A stretch of DNA of 32,000 nucleotides from Psychrobacter sp. HD31 (lineage in GTDB: Bacteria > Pseudomonadota > Gammaproteobacteria > Pseudomonadales > Moraxellaceae), in the NCBI RefSeq assembly GCF_051097895.1, contig NZ_CP142525.1, positions 2,100,001-2,132,000 on the forward strand, written 5' to 3'. The notes under the pieces are model-generated. The model saw nothing but the letters and a program-made list of their open reading frames with translations. It ran no database searches and was not told where the DNA came from. Every line of letters begins with the position of its first letter. Position 1 is the first letter of the stretch. Shown here piece after piece: positions 8,369 through 16,519 of the stretch. The translations under genes were made by a program, and so were the position numbers.

Positions 8369-9372
8369 TCATTATCCTCCCAAGACTCCTTATCTTCCCA
8401 CTCTTTATTTAATGCCAATCCTTTTACTACCTTAAACATCTCATCCAATGCTTTATGGTCAGTAAAGTAGTTTAAGCATTCTTGTCGAAACTCTTGCTCC
8501 TTGGCGTTTTCACTGGCACAAATAAAGGCTAAGGGCAGTATCAAAGTATCTTTAACAATATCGGCAATATCAAACACCAAAGCCCCACGTCTGGTTTTAC
8601 CATGCATGACCGCAAAACCATGTGGTATGCCTAACACCCATGCCGTAGTCGCTCCGAGTCCATAAGCTAGATAATTGCCATGATTAAGAAAGGCATTGGC
8701 TTTATCGATACCCCCATGGTCACGAGTGAATCCACTATAGCCTGTATTTTGCACGGCGAGCTTATACAGCTGTTTGGTCAGGCGAGCTTCAAGTTGTAGT
8801 AGGTGAGTCACCGTGTCTTGTAATAAGATTTGTTGTTTGTGTTTATTGATGAGTCCAGAAATCTGTTCTGTGGTGCTATCAAAGCCGTTTTGTTTGAGGT
8901 ATTGGTCTTTGCTCCACACCCTTTGCATAAATTCAAGGCGTGCCATTTGCAGTTGTTTGGCGGCTTGTAGGCGTTTGTCATCGTCCCACCACCAGCTTAG
9001 CCAACCTTGTATATACTCTGTGGGACGATATTCGCTTTGCGGGGTCATCCACTCTATTTCTGTACCCGCAAATAAAGGCGTGCCACCGCCACCGCAAAAG
9101 CCAACCAATACCCCAGCTTGGGCAAGCATTCGCATGGCGGATTGAGTAATGGAAGTTCCTGTCCCCAGTATGATGGAAGTGGTGTTGGCAATGGGAATAT
9201 TGTAGTAGAGGTTTTCTTTTTCGGCTTCTGTTAGGTACAGGATTCTGCCGTCTTTTTGCATGACTCTACAATATTGCAAATAGTAGATATTGGCACGTTT
9301 GGAGTGGAGAATGGTTTTTAAATCGGATGAGTTGAAGTTGTTACTGGCGTAGGGGCGTTCATTTTTTAACAT
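8365..9372 (-). CDS. cas1: Cas1 integrase, type I-F
   Basis: The protein is 335 aa and is the first gene of the operon, translationally coupled to cas2-3. Its size and position are typical of I-F Cas1. The C-terminal region HGKTRRGALVFDIADIVKD is Cas1-like. Confidence 0.88.
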   Translation of the reverse strand: MLKNERPYASNNFNSSDLKTILHSKRANIYYLQYCRVMQKDGRILYLTEAEKENLYYNIPIANTTSIILGTGTSITQSAMRMLAQAGVLVGFCGGGGTPLFAGTEIEWMTPQSEYRPTEYIQGWLSWWWDDDKRLQAAKQLQMARLEFMQRVWSKDQYLKQNGFDSTTEQISGLINKHKQQILLQDTVTHLLQLEARLTKQLYKLAVQNTGYSGFTRDHGGIDKANAFLNHGNYLAYGLGATTAWVLGIPHGFAVMHGKTRRGALVFDIADIVKDTLILPLAFICASENAKEQEFRQECLNYFTDHKALDEMFKVVKGLALNKEWEDKESWEDNE

Positions 9373-9721
9373 ACATCAACCTTAAGTAAGCTTTAATCTT
9401 TCCATTAATTTTTGCAAGCTGGTATTGTTAATTTAAATCTTTTTTTAAATTAAATCAATTGTATAATGAGTCTTGGCGACATTTTGTGTCGTTTTGTTTG
9501 TACTTTTAAATGAGTTGATTTATAGCAAGCGTTAATAATAAATATCAACAAAGCGTATTTTTTAAATTTGAGATAAAAGGATAAAACCTAGTAGGGCAGC
9601 GATGATTAAAAATAATCGGCAATAAGCTATGATAGGCGATATAAGGGATTAGAAAGAATATGGTAAAAGGTTTTAAAACCTTTTTACCTATTAACTAACT
9701 ATAACTATATAAATTAGACAA

Positions 9722-9764
9722 TAAAAAAGACCAAGTAACAATTTAATGTGTACTTGGTCTTTTT
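9722..9764 (-). terminator. Rho-independent terminator downstream of tRNA-Gly, usable in both directions
   Basis: A 10-bp stem AGACCAAGTA (9728-9737) / TACTTGGTCT (9751-9760) is flanked by an A-run on one side and a T-run on the other. On the minus strand the hairpin is followed by TTTTTT. Confidence 0.8.
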
Positions 9765-9770
9765 AGAATT

Positions 9771-9846
<76 letters not shown>

Positions 9847-9860
9847 GGAATGTGCAGCGT

Positions 9861-9888
9861 ATTATACTGACTTTTTTGTTGCTGTCAA
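9861..9888 (-). promoter_or_regulatory. Sigma-70 promoter for tRNA-Gly
   Basis: On the minus strand TTGACA (9888-9883) is followed by a 16-nt spacer and then TATAAT (9866-9861). Both hexamers are consensus. The -10 ends 14 nt before the mature tRNA 5' end. Confidence 0.7.
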
Positions 9889-10017
9889 ACAATTTTTATA
9901 CTTTTTTAATAGAATCTACTCAACTTAATCACGTGTGTGTTTACACTTTTATTCTTTACTGTAATATACGAAACAATTATATTATAAATCATCATAAATT
10001 ATTTTATGGAGAATCCT

Positions 10018-10824
10018 ATGGCTAACATAACAAAATTAATGGCGGTTTCTACCTTAGCAGTTAGCTCTTTACTTGGCTGTGCAAGCACAACAGATACTGG
10101 CGCACTGGGGGTAAAAAGAAACCAGCTACTGCTTGTTTCAAACGAGCAAATCATGCAACTTTCTGCTAAAAAATATTATCAAATGCTTCAACAGGCAAGG
10201 GCAAAAGGCATACTGGATACCAATAAAAAGCAAGTAGCAAGGCTTGAGGCAATTGCAAAGCGGTTAATTGGTCAAGTGGGGGTTTATCGCCCAAGCGCTG
10301 TTAACTGGAATTGGGAAGTACACACAATTAAGTCGAAGCAGATGAATGCATTTGTTATGCCAGGGGGTAAAGTGATGTTTTACTCAGGCATTATTGATCG
10401 TTTGGATTTAACTGATGATGAAATTGCTGCAATTATGGGGCATGAGATGGCACATGCATTGAGGGAGCATTCTCGTGAGCGTATTTCTGGTGCTTATGCA
10501 ACTCAGTTAGGGTTGGGTGCTTTGGTAAGTGGTTTGGGGCTTTCTTCGGGGCAAGCTCAATTGGCAGGCGTTATTGGTGATATAGGCATCCAGCGTCCAC
10601 ACAGCCGAGTACAAGAAAGTGAAGCAGATGTCATGGGGTTAGAATTGATGGCAAGAGCAGGGTATAATCCTGAAGCAGCCATTACGTTGTGGCAAAAAAT
10701 GCAAAAAGCAGGCGGTGGTAGTGTGCCTCAGTTTTTAAGTACGCACCCTTCAGATGTTAATCGAATTAACAAATTAGAGTCGCTCATTCCTAAGGTGATG
10801 CCATTTTATAGAAGAACGCTATAA
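10018..10824 (+). CDS. M48-family zinc metalloprotease lipoprotein (YcaL/LoiP-like)
   Basis: It has the zinc motif HEMAHALREH and a signal peptide with the lipobox LLGC-AS. I prefer the ATG at 10018 (GGAGA RBS 6 nt upstream) over the ORF-track start at 10006. Confidence 0.85.
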   Translation: MANITKLMAVSTLAVSSLLGCASTTDTGALGVKRNQLLLVSNEQIMQLSAKKYYQMLQQARAKGILDTNKKQVARLEAIAKRLIGQVGVYRPSAVNWNWEVHTIKSKQMNAFVMPGGKVMFYSGIIDRLDLTDDEIAAIMGHEMAHALREHSRERISGAYATQLGLGALVSGLGLSSGQAQLAGVIGDIGIQRPHSRVQESEADVMGLELMARAGYNPEAAITLWQKMQKAGGGSVPQFLSTHPSDVNRINKLESLIPKVMPFYRRTL

Positions 10825-10900
10825 CAAAATAATAAGATAACAATGTTACATCTTTTCACTCTAAACTTTTATCAACTAAATGAAGTAATAAAGATTAATT

Positions 10901-11236
10901 ATGTCACAAACCATATTAACGCCAGTTGCAGATGCGGTAAACCAAACGTTACTGGTATTGCAGCCAGAGTATTTACAGCTAATTAATGAATCAATTAACC
11001 ATGCGGGTTATTTTGAAGGTAAAGAAAGCCATTTTAAACTAACAATTGTAACCAATGCCTTTGAATCCGTACGTAAAGTAGCTAGGCATCAACAAATTTA
11101 TCAACTTTTGGATGAATTAATGACGGCAAAAGGTGGTAGCATACATGCGTTAGCCATTCATGCGTATACCCCTACAGAGTGGCAAAATGTTAATCAAGCA
11201 CCCGCTAGCCCTAACTGTGCTGGTGCAAACTTGTAG
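10901..11236 (+). CDS. bolA: BolA-family protein
   Basis: ESHFKLTIVTNAFE...ARHQQIYQLL...IHALAIHAYTPTEWQ...ASPNCAG parallels E. coli BolA (SHFKVVLVSDRF...RHRMIY...VHALALHTYTIKEW...ASPPCRG). Confidence 0.8.
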   Translation: MSQTILTPVADAVNQTLLVLQPEYLQLINESINHAGYFEGKESHFKLTIVTNAFESVRKVARHQQIYQLLDELMTAKGGSIHALAIHAYTPTEWQNVNQAPASPNCAGANL

Positions 11237-11273
11237 TCAATGGTTGTTATAATATATACGCAGTCAGGTAAGC

Positions 11274-11639
11274 ATGATGATATACCTACATAAAATACTA
11301 GCGGGGATAGCACTTTTATTTTTTGTTTATCAGTGTTATGTTGCTTTGTTTAAGGATAAAGTTCAACCAAAATTGACGACAATATTTGCACATTCTGTTT
11401 ATTTATTGATGATAATAAGCGGCATTGTGATGACATTGCCATTAATGCAGGCAGAAAACAGTCAAACACATTGGGTGTTTGCAAAAGCTGTGTTATTAGT
11501 GGCAGTTATGAGTGCCAGTGTTAAAGCGTTTCGCCGTGCTAAAAATGGTACAGAACGTAAAGTTGGCGTGTTTGTGGCAACAATTGGACTGATTGGTATT
11601 TTAATTTTAGCGTTTATTCAGCCAGCAAACTTTTTTTAG
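11274..11639 (+). CDS. Small four-helix membrane protein, possibly SirB2/YchQ family
   Basis: The protein is 121 aa with about 4 hydrophobic segments. Its layout resembles YchQ, with a His-containing second helix and a basic loop before the last helix. The call is weak and based on pattern only. Confidence 0.35.
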   Translation: MMIYLHKILAGIALLFFVYQCYVALFKDKVQPKLTTIFAHSVYLLMIISGIVMTLPLMQAENSQTHWVFAKAVLLVAVMSASVKAFRRAKNGTERKVGVFVATIGLIGILILAFIQPANFF

Positions 11640-11703
11640 TAAACTTAAAATGCTGCTGATTTTGGTAAAATAAATTAAGGATTTTTTGAAGGACAATTTA
11701 ATT

Positions 11704-12105
11704 ATGAAAGCATTAAGTGTTAAAGCCATGATGGCGGCAATGGTTATTGGGTTGGCAGGTTGTGCCAGTACAGGAAACATTACGCCGCAGTATATATCGC
11801 CTAGTAACTATGCAAGTTATGATTGCTTTACCCTAAATCAAGAGTATCAACGCGTTAACCAGTATATTGAGGGAACGCAAAATCAGGTCAATCGTCTTAA
11901 AGCCTCTGGTGTGAGAATTGGGCTGGCTGGCAGTAGCCACCGTATTTACCCGACAGTGAGTTTTGGTTTGGGATCAGATGGCAGTAACGATGCTCGTAAA
12001 ACTAAGTTGTCTCATTTATTTGGTGAAAGTGATGCTATTATTCAGGCAGCACGTATGAAAGGCTGTAGTTTTGCAGAAGATATTAAGATTTATGGCGAAG
12101 AATAA
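11704..12105 (+). CDS. Putative lipoprotein of unknown function
   Basis: It has the signal peptide MKALSVKAMMAAMVIGLAGC-AS with a lipobox. The ATG at 11704 has a GAAGGA RBS about 10 nt upstream, whereas the ORF-track start at 11686 is a TTG. Confidence 0.6.
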   Translation: MKALSVKAMMAAMVIGLAGCASTGNITPQYISPSNYASYDCFTLNQEYQRVNQYIEGTQNQVNRLKASGVRIGLAGSSHRIYPTVSFGLGSDGSNDARKTKLSHLFGESDAIIQAARMKGCSFAEDIKIYGEE

Positions 12106-12128
12106 CAAACCTAGCTAACCAAGGTAAT

Positions 12129-12159
12129 AAAAAAACGGCTTAGTATGAGCCGTTTTTTT
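12129..12159. terminator. Bidirectional rho-independent terminator between convergent genes
   Basis: The sequence is AAAAACGGCT-TAGTATG-AGCCGTTTTTTT, a stem with an A-run on one side and a T-run on the other. Confidence 0.8.
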
Positions 12160-12189
12160 ATAAATAAAATATCGTAATGATTGCTTAGG

Positions 12190-12363
12190 TTACTGACGTA
12201 AACCGAGCATTTTGTATAATGGGCAAAAACTGACAAACCCTGTTAATAAAGGGATAATGCCAACGGCTCCCCACCAGTTTTTAAAATAGTAGCCAAGTCC
12301 AATAATCACCAGACCTGCAATAATTCTTAATGTGCGTTCAGTACTTCCCATATTTGGTTTCAT
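12190..12363 (-). CDS. DUF2892 (YgaP-like) small membrane protein, 57 aa, not in the supplied ORF track
   Basis: My own translation is MKPNMGSTERTLRIIAGLVIIGLGYYFKNWWGAVGIIPLLTGFVSFCPLYKMLGLRQ*. The ERxxRxxxG...G.CPxY pattern is characteristic of DUF2892. It lies 23 nt downstream of the MBL gene on the same strand. Confidence 0.7.
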   Translation of the reverse strand: MKPNMGSTERTLRIIAGLVIIGLGYYFKNWWGAVGIIPLLTGFVSFCPLYKMLGLRQ

Positions 12364-12386
12364 AACATACTCCTGTTGAGTGGTTT

Positions 12387-13253
12387 TTATAGTGCGTTGA
12401 GTGGAACTTTTAAATAACGTATACCATTGTTTTCTGGTTCTGGCAGCTCTCCAGCACGGATGTTAATTTGCACAGATGGTAAGATTAACCGAGGCATAGA
12501 AAGAGATTTGTCTCGGGCTTCTCTCATTGTAACAAATTCTGTTTGGCTAATACCATCTTTTACGTGTTTGTTGAGACGCTTCTGTTCACCAACTGTTGTG
12601 GTTGCTTTGTAATCACGCCCCTCAGGCGGGTAATCATGACATAAACACAACAGGGTATCTTTAGGCAAATTTAATAAACGTTGGATAGAGGCATAAAGCG
12701 CATTTGCATCCCCGCCAGGAAAGTCACACCGAGCAGTGCCAACATCGGGTGCAAAAATGGTATCACCAACAAATATAAATGTTTGTTTATTGTGCTTAGC
12801 AACATATGCCATGTCTGCAGGTGTATGTCCTGGCACGTGCATGGCGGTAATACTAATATCTCCCAATTGTAGCTTTGTACCCTCGTCGGTTAAAATATCA
12901 AATTGGCTGGCATCCGTTTTAAAACTTGTATCAAGGTTAAATACCTCTTTAAATATCGTTTGAACTTTTGTGATGTGCTTACCAATGACGGTTTTACCAC
13001 CCATCGCTTTTTTAATGTAGGATGCAGAAGATAAATGGTCTGCATGGGCGTGGGTTTCGATAATGTATTTTAGTTGCCAGTTGTGGCGGTTTATAAAATC
13101 AATCAGTTTATCGGCATTATCACTAGATGTTCTGCCTGATTTGAAGTCATAGTTTAATACAGGGTCAACAATGGCGCAGAGTTGATTGACTTCATCCACC
13201 AATATGTGGCTAAAGGTTTCAGTATCTTTATCTAAAAAAGAGTGTAGAAGCAT
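12387..13253 (-). CDS. MBL-fold metallo-hydrolase, a candidate persulfide dioxygenase (Blh/ETHE1-like)
   Basis: It has the metal-binding motif THAHADH. I prefer the start at 13253 (MLLHSFLDKDT..., GGGG-containing RBS) over the ORF-track start at 13301, which adds 16 aa. It is divergent from a BigR-like regulator. Confidence 0.75.
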   Translation of the reverse strand: MLLHSFLDKDTETFSHILVDEVNQLCAIVDPVLNYDFKSGRTSSDNADKLIDFINRHNWQLKYIIETHAHADHLSSASYIKKAMGGKTVIGKHITKVQTIFKEVFNLDTSFKTDASQFDILTDEGTKLQLGDISITAMHVPGHTPADMAYVAKHNKQTFIFVGDTIFAPDVGTARCDFPGGDANALYASIQRLLNLPKDTLLCLCHDYPPEGRDYKATTTVGEQKRLNKHVKDGISQTEFVTMREARDKSLSMPRLILPSVQINIRAGELPEPENNGIRYLKVPLNAL

Positions 13254-13474
13254 TGCATACCCCGTGATGATTTTTATGCTTTTAATATTATACATTATCA
13301 TGACAATTTATTAAATCATATAATGTAATTGTGCTAGATATTGACAGCATTATCTAACTAATTAATAATAGATAGAATAATATACTAATAAAAGTAAAAC
13401 TATGATGATAAAATAGGGATAGTTTTGTGCCTTAGTCAAATGCATGAAACAGCAATAAAAATGGAAGGAAAAAA

Positions 13475-13816
13475 ATGACAGCTAATGAAAATATACCTAC
13501 AGCAGAGGTTAATGAAAATCTAGTCAATGCGATGCGTTCGGCGGCGGGAGATGCCAGTCAATTACTAAAGTCGTTATCTCATCCAGACCGTTTAATGTTA
13601 CTTTGCCAGTTAACGCAAGGTGAATACTGTGTGAGCGAGCTTGAAGAGCTGGTTGGTTTGGCGCAGCCGAGCCTTTCTCAGCAACTGGGAATCTTGCGTA
13701 AAGAAAACTTAGTGAATACACGCCGTGAAGGTAAACAGGTGTACTATAGCATTTCTAGTGAAGATGTTTTGGCAATTCTTAAGCTATTGTATTCTCGTTT
13801 TTGTCCAACACCTTAG
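13475..13816 (+). CDS. ArsR/SmtB-family regulator of the BigR/SqrR persulfide-sensor type
   Basis: It has the winged HTH CVSELEELVGLAQPSLSQQLGILRKENLV. Cysteines at positions 44 and 110 of 113 aa match the spacing of the sensing pair in BigR (C42/C108) and SqrR (C41/C107). A GGAAGGA RBS is present. Confidence 0.7.
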   Translation: MTANENIPTAEVNENLVNAMRSAAGDASQLLKSLSHPDRLMLLCQLTQGEYCVSELEELVGLAQPSLSQQLGILRKENLVNTRREGKQVYYSISSEDVLAILKLLYSRFCPTP

Positions 13817-13858
13817 GCTATACAACAACGCATGCTTTAATTGGTTAAACTAATTTAT

Positions 13859-15619
13859 ATGGCAACTTCAAAAACGCCCTCACATTCAACACAAGCATCT
13901 AAACGCCGAGGGCTGTTATCTTATCTTTTGCCAGCATGGTTATTACAATATCGTAAATCACAGTTTATAGCAGATATTTTGGCAGGTATTGTGGTTGGCG
14001 TATTAGTCATCCCACAAAGCTTGGGTTATGCTGTGTTGGCGGGTTTACCCCCAGAGTATGGGCTTTATGCCTCTATTGTGCCCGTGTTGGTATATGCCTG
14101 GTTTGGCTCTAGTAACTTTCAGGCAGTAGGGCCGGTTGCCATTACGGCAATTATGACTGCCAGCAGCTTGTCTGGATATGCAGATAAAGGGGTCGTGGTT
14201 TATGCCAGTATGGCAAGTTTACTGGCAGTGATGGTGGGCTTGATACTATGGTTGGCAGGTAGACTGAAATTTGGCTGGATTATGCAATTTATTAGCCGTG
14301 GGGTTGCTTCTGGTTTTGTTAGCGGTGCGGCTGTGTTAATTTTTATCAGCCAACTCAAGTATTTCACTGCAATTCCATTTTCTGGCAACACCCTGTTTTC
14401 TTATTTATCAAGTATGTTTGCAAACATTGCCCAGCTGCACAATTTTACAGTGTTTTTAGGTGGGGTGGGGTTTGTATTATTACTGCTCAATAAATATGGT
14501 AATAAGTGGGTTTGGAAATCTTGGTTGCAACCAGCGCCAGCAAAGTGGGTTGAGCGTTTGTTCCCTTTATGCTTGGTGATTGTTTTTATTTTATGTAGTG
14601 ATTTATGGCATTGGGCAGATAAAGGCGTGCCGGTTATTGGTAATACGCCAAGTGGGTTACCAAATTTTTCGTTGCCTTATGTGCCAAGCTTATCAGACTT
14701 TTTTAATTTATTACCAACCGCCGCTTTAATGGCATTAATTGCATTTGTATCTAGTAGTTCAATTGCTGGTTTTTATGCCCGCAAACATGGACAAAAGTTT
14801 GATGCCAATGCCGAACTAACAGGGTTAGGTTGGGCAAACCTCATAGGTGGGTTTTTTCAGAGTTTTGCTGTGGCAGGTGGGTTTTCTCGTACAGCAATAA
14901 ATGATGATTCAGGTGCTAAAACACCATTAGCTAGCATCGTGACGGTGTTAGTCATGTTATTTGCGTTATTATTGCTTGGCAATCTTATTAGTCCACTGCC
15001 GTATGCCTTGCTTGGTGCCATTATTATGGCATCGATTATTGGGTTAATAGATTATCCTCTTTTTCGCCATGCTTGGCGTGTCGATCGGTTAGATGCCATC
15101 AACCTTGTTGTTACTTTTTTTGCTGTATTGTTGCTTGGTTTAAACTCTGGGCTGATTATTGGTTTGCTGGTTTCTTTTGCAAGCTTAATTTGGCAATCAA
15201 GCAACCCGCATATTGCAACAGTAGGCGTTTTAAAAGATACCGAGCATTTTAGAAATGTTAACCGACACAATGTACAAACGTTTGATAACTTATTGTTTTT
15301 ACGGATAGATGAAAGCCTGTTTTTTGGTAATAGCGACTCTGTACAACACCACATCATCCATTGTGTTGAAAAGCATCCACAAGCCTGTGATATTATTTTA
15401 ATTATGTCTGCGGTAAACCACGTGGACTTAACAGCACAAGAAATGCTCATTGAGTTGAATGCAGATTTAATAAAACAACAAAAGCGTTTGCATTTTAGCG
15501 AGATAAAAGGTCCTGTTATGGATGTGTTAGCAGAAACTAAAGTGATTAAACAATTATCTGGGCATGTGTTTTTAAGCACCATCAAAGCAGTTGATGAACT
15601 CAAAAGCAATAATTCATAG
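13859..15619 (+). CDS. SulP-family anion permease with a C-terminal STAS domain
   Basis: The polytopic membrane core is followed by a soluble STAS-like tail (LLFLRIDESLFFGNSDSV...). I prefer the ATG at 13859 to the TTG at 13841. Confidence 0.85.
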   Translation: MATSKTPSHSTQASKRRGLLSYLLPAWLLQYRKSQFIADILAGIVVGVLVIPQSLGYAVLAGLPPEYGLYASIVPVLVYAWFGSSNFQAVGPVAITAIMTASSLSGYADKGVVVYASMASLLAVMVGLILWLAGRLKFGWIMQFISRGVASGFVSGAAVLIFISQLKYFTAIPFSGNTLFSYLSSMFANIAQLHNFTVFLGGVGFVLLLLNKYGNKWVWKSWLQPAPAKWVERLFPLCLVIVFILCSDLWHWADKGVPVIGNTPSGLPNFSLPYVPSLSDFFNLLPTAALMALIAFVSSSSIAGFYARKHGQKFDANAELTGLGWANLIGGFFQSFAVAGGFSRTAINDDSGAKTPLASIVTVLVMLFALLLLGNLISPLPYALLGAIIMASIIGLIDYPLFRHAWRVDRLDAINLVVTFFAVLLLGLNSGLIIGLLVSFASLIWQSSNPHIATVGVLKDTEHFRNVNRHNVQTFDNLLFLRIDESLFFGNSDSVQHHIIHCVEKHPQACDIILIMSAVNHVDLTAQEMLIELNADLIKQQKRLHFSEIKGPVMDVLAETKVIKQLSGHVFLSTIKAVDELKSNNS

Positions 15620-15713
15620 TGATTTACTCAGGTTTTTTATAAACCAACATTGATAAATGTTATAATAGCCTTATCTTAAAGAAAACCTTTAAAATAACAA
15701 CGAGGATGACTTG

Positions 15714-16361
15714 ATGAGCGAAGCAACAGACAATACACAAGTAGCTAACCAAGAAACGTTAACCAGTAATATTAATATTACCGAATCTGCACAAGGATAT
15801 TTAGCAGACCTATTAGCCAAACAAGAAACCGATGGTATTGGTGTGCGTATTTTTGTAGAAAATGCGGGTACGCCAAGGGCAGAGTGCTGCATGTCATATA
15901 GCCAACCTGGTGAACATAACGAAGCAGACTTACGCCTAGACTATAGTGACTTTAGTGCGTATATCGACTCAGCTTCTATCCCTTATTTGCAAGATGCGGT
16001 GATTGACTACAATGCAGACCGCTTTGGTGGGCAGTTAACCTTTAGAGCGCCAAACTCAAAAGTGCCACAAGTGGGTGAAAACGCCACAATAGAAGAGCGT
16101 ATCCATTATGTTTTGCAATCAGAAATTAACCCAGGTCTTGCCTCGCATGGCGGTGTGGTTGAGCTGGTAGAGCTGCTGGAAGAAGAAGGCGTTGGTTTGA
16201 CAGCAGTACTTAAATTTGGTGGTGGCTGCCAAGGTTGTTCTGCGGTTGATGTTACTTTGCGAGAAGGGGTTGAGGTGCAACTTAAGCAACAAGTACCAGA
16301 ACTTACCCAAGTGGTTGATGAAACCGACCATAGCCAAACAGAAAATGCGTATTACCAATAA
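15714..16361 (+). CDS. nfuA: Fe-S cluster biogenesis protein NfuA
   Basis: It is collinear with E. coli NfuA: ITESAQGYLADLLAKQ..., GTPRAECCMSY, INPGLASHGGVVEL and FGGGCQGCSAVDVTLREG (the CxxC Nfu domain). The ATG at 15714 has a GAGGA RBS. Confidence 0.93.
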   Translation: MSEATDNTQVANQETLTSNINITESAQGYLADLLAKQETDGIGVRIFVENAGTPRAECCMSYSQPGEHNEADLRLDYSDFSAYIDSASIPYLQDAVIDYNADRFGGQLTFRAPNSKVPQVGENATIEERIHYVLQSEINPGLASHGGVVELVELLEEEGVGLTAVLKFGGGCQGCSAVDVTLREGVEVQLKQQVPELTQVVDETDHSQTENAYYQ

Positions 16362-16442
16362 TAGTTTCTAAATTATATTCCAAAATGGAATAATCTATCA
16401 ATTTATTTGTGATTTTACAAATCCAAAAGCTGAGTTACTATA

Positions 16443-16477
16443 GTTAGGTTACTAGATTGAGTAATCTAACTTTTTTT
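16443..16477 (+). terminator. Rho-independent terminator after nfuA
   Basis: An 11-bp stem GTTAGGTTACT / AGTAATCTAAC (one G-U pair) with a 6-nt loop is followed by 7 T residues. Confidence 0.8.
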
Positions 16478-16519
16478 ATGTTTTTAATATTGATTGACAT
16501 CGCTTAAAAGGACTATTGT

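Noticed and set aside
6048-9149. Plus-strand ORFs of 67-110 aa overlapping cas2-3 and cas1 (6048-6266, 8172-8435, 8267-8470, 8813-9145, 8940-9149)
   Set aside because: They are antisense shadow ORFs inside well-supported genes. They have no RBS, their composition is Cys/Ser/Leu-rich and low in complexity, and they show no recognisable motifs.
1-9372. Whether the locus could be canonical I-F1 or a Tn7-associated I-F3 (CAST) system
   Set aside because: I-F1 would need three genes (cas8f, cas5f, cas7f) between cas2-3 and cas6f, and only two are present. I-F3 lacks cas1 and cas2-3 and is flanked by tnsABC/tniQ. Here cas1 and an intact cas2-3 are present, and no transposition genes occur in the window.
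9628-9655. GGATTAGAAA on the plus strand upstream of cas1 resembles the repeat 3' end GGCTTAGAAA, raising the possibility of an orphan or degenerate repeat
   Set aside because: Aligning the full 28 nt gives only 13/28 identities, all concentrated in the AT-rich tail. The orientation is opposite to the array, and there is no hairpin stem. It is most likely chance in AT-rich DNA.
15052-15609. A 185-aa minus-strand ORF antisense to the STAS end of the SulP gene
   Set aside because: It lies entirely within a strongly supported coding region on the opposite strand. Its sequence is Cys/Ser/Thr-rich with no motif. It is a typical shadow ORF.
16362-16519. A possible riboswitch or attenuator upstream of metY, given the strong hairpin with a T-tract at 16443-16477 and the small hairpin at 16376-16392
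   Set aside because: The strong hairpin is adequately explained as the nfuA terminator. The remaining 42 nt before the metY start is too short for a SAM-type aptamer, and I recognise no conserved riboswitch core. A leader function cannot be excluded without transcription start site data.
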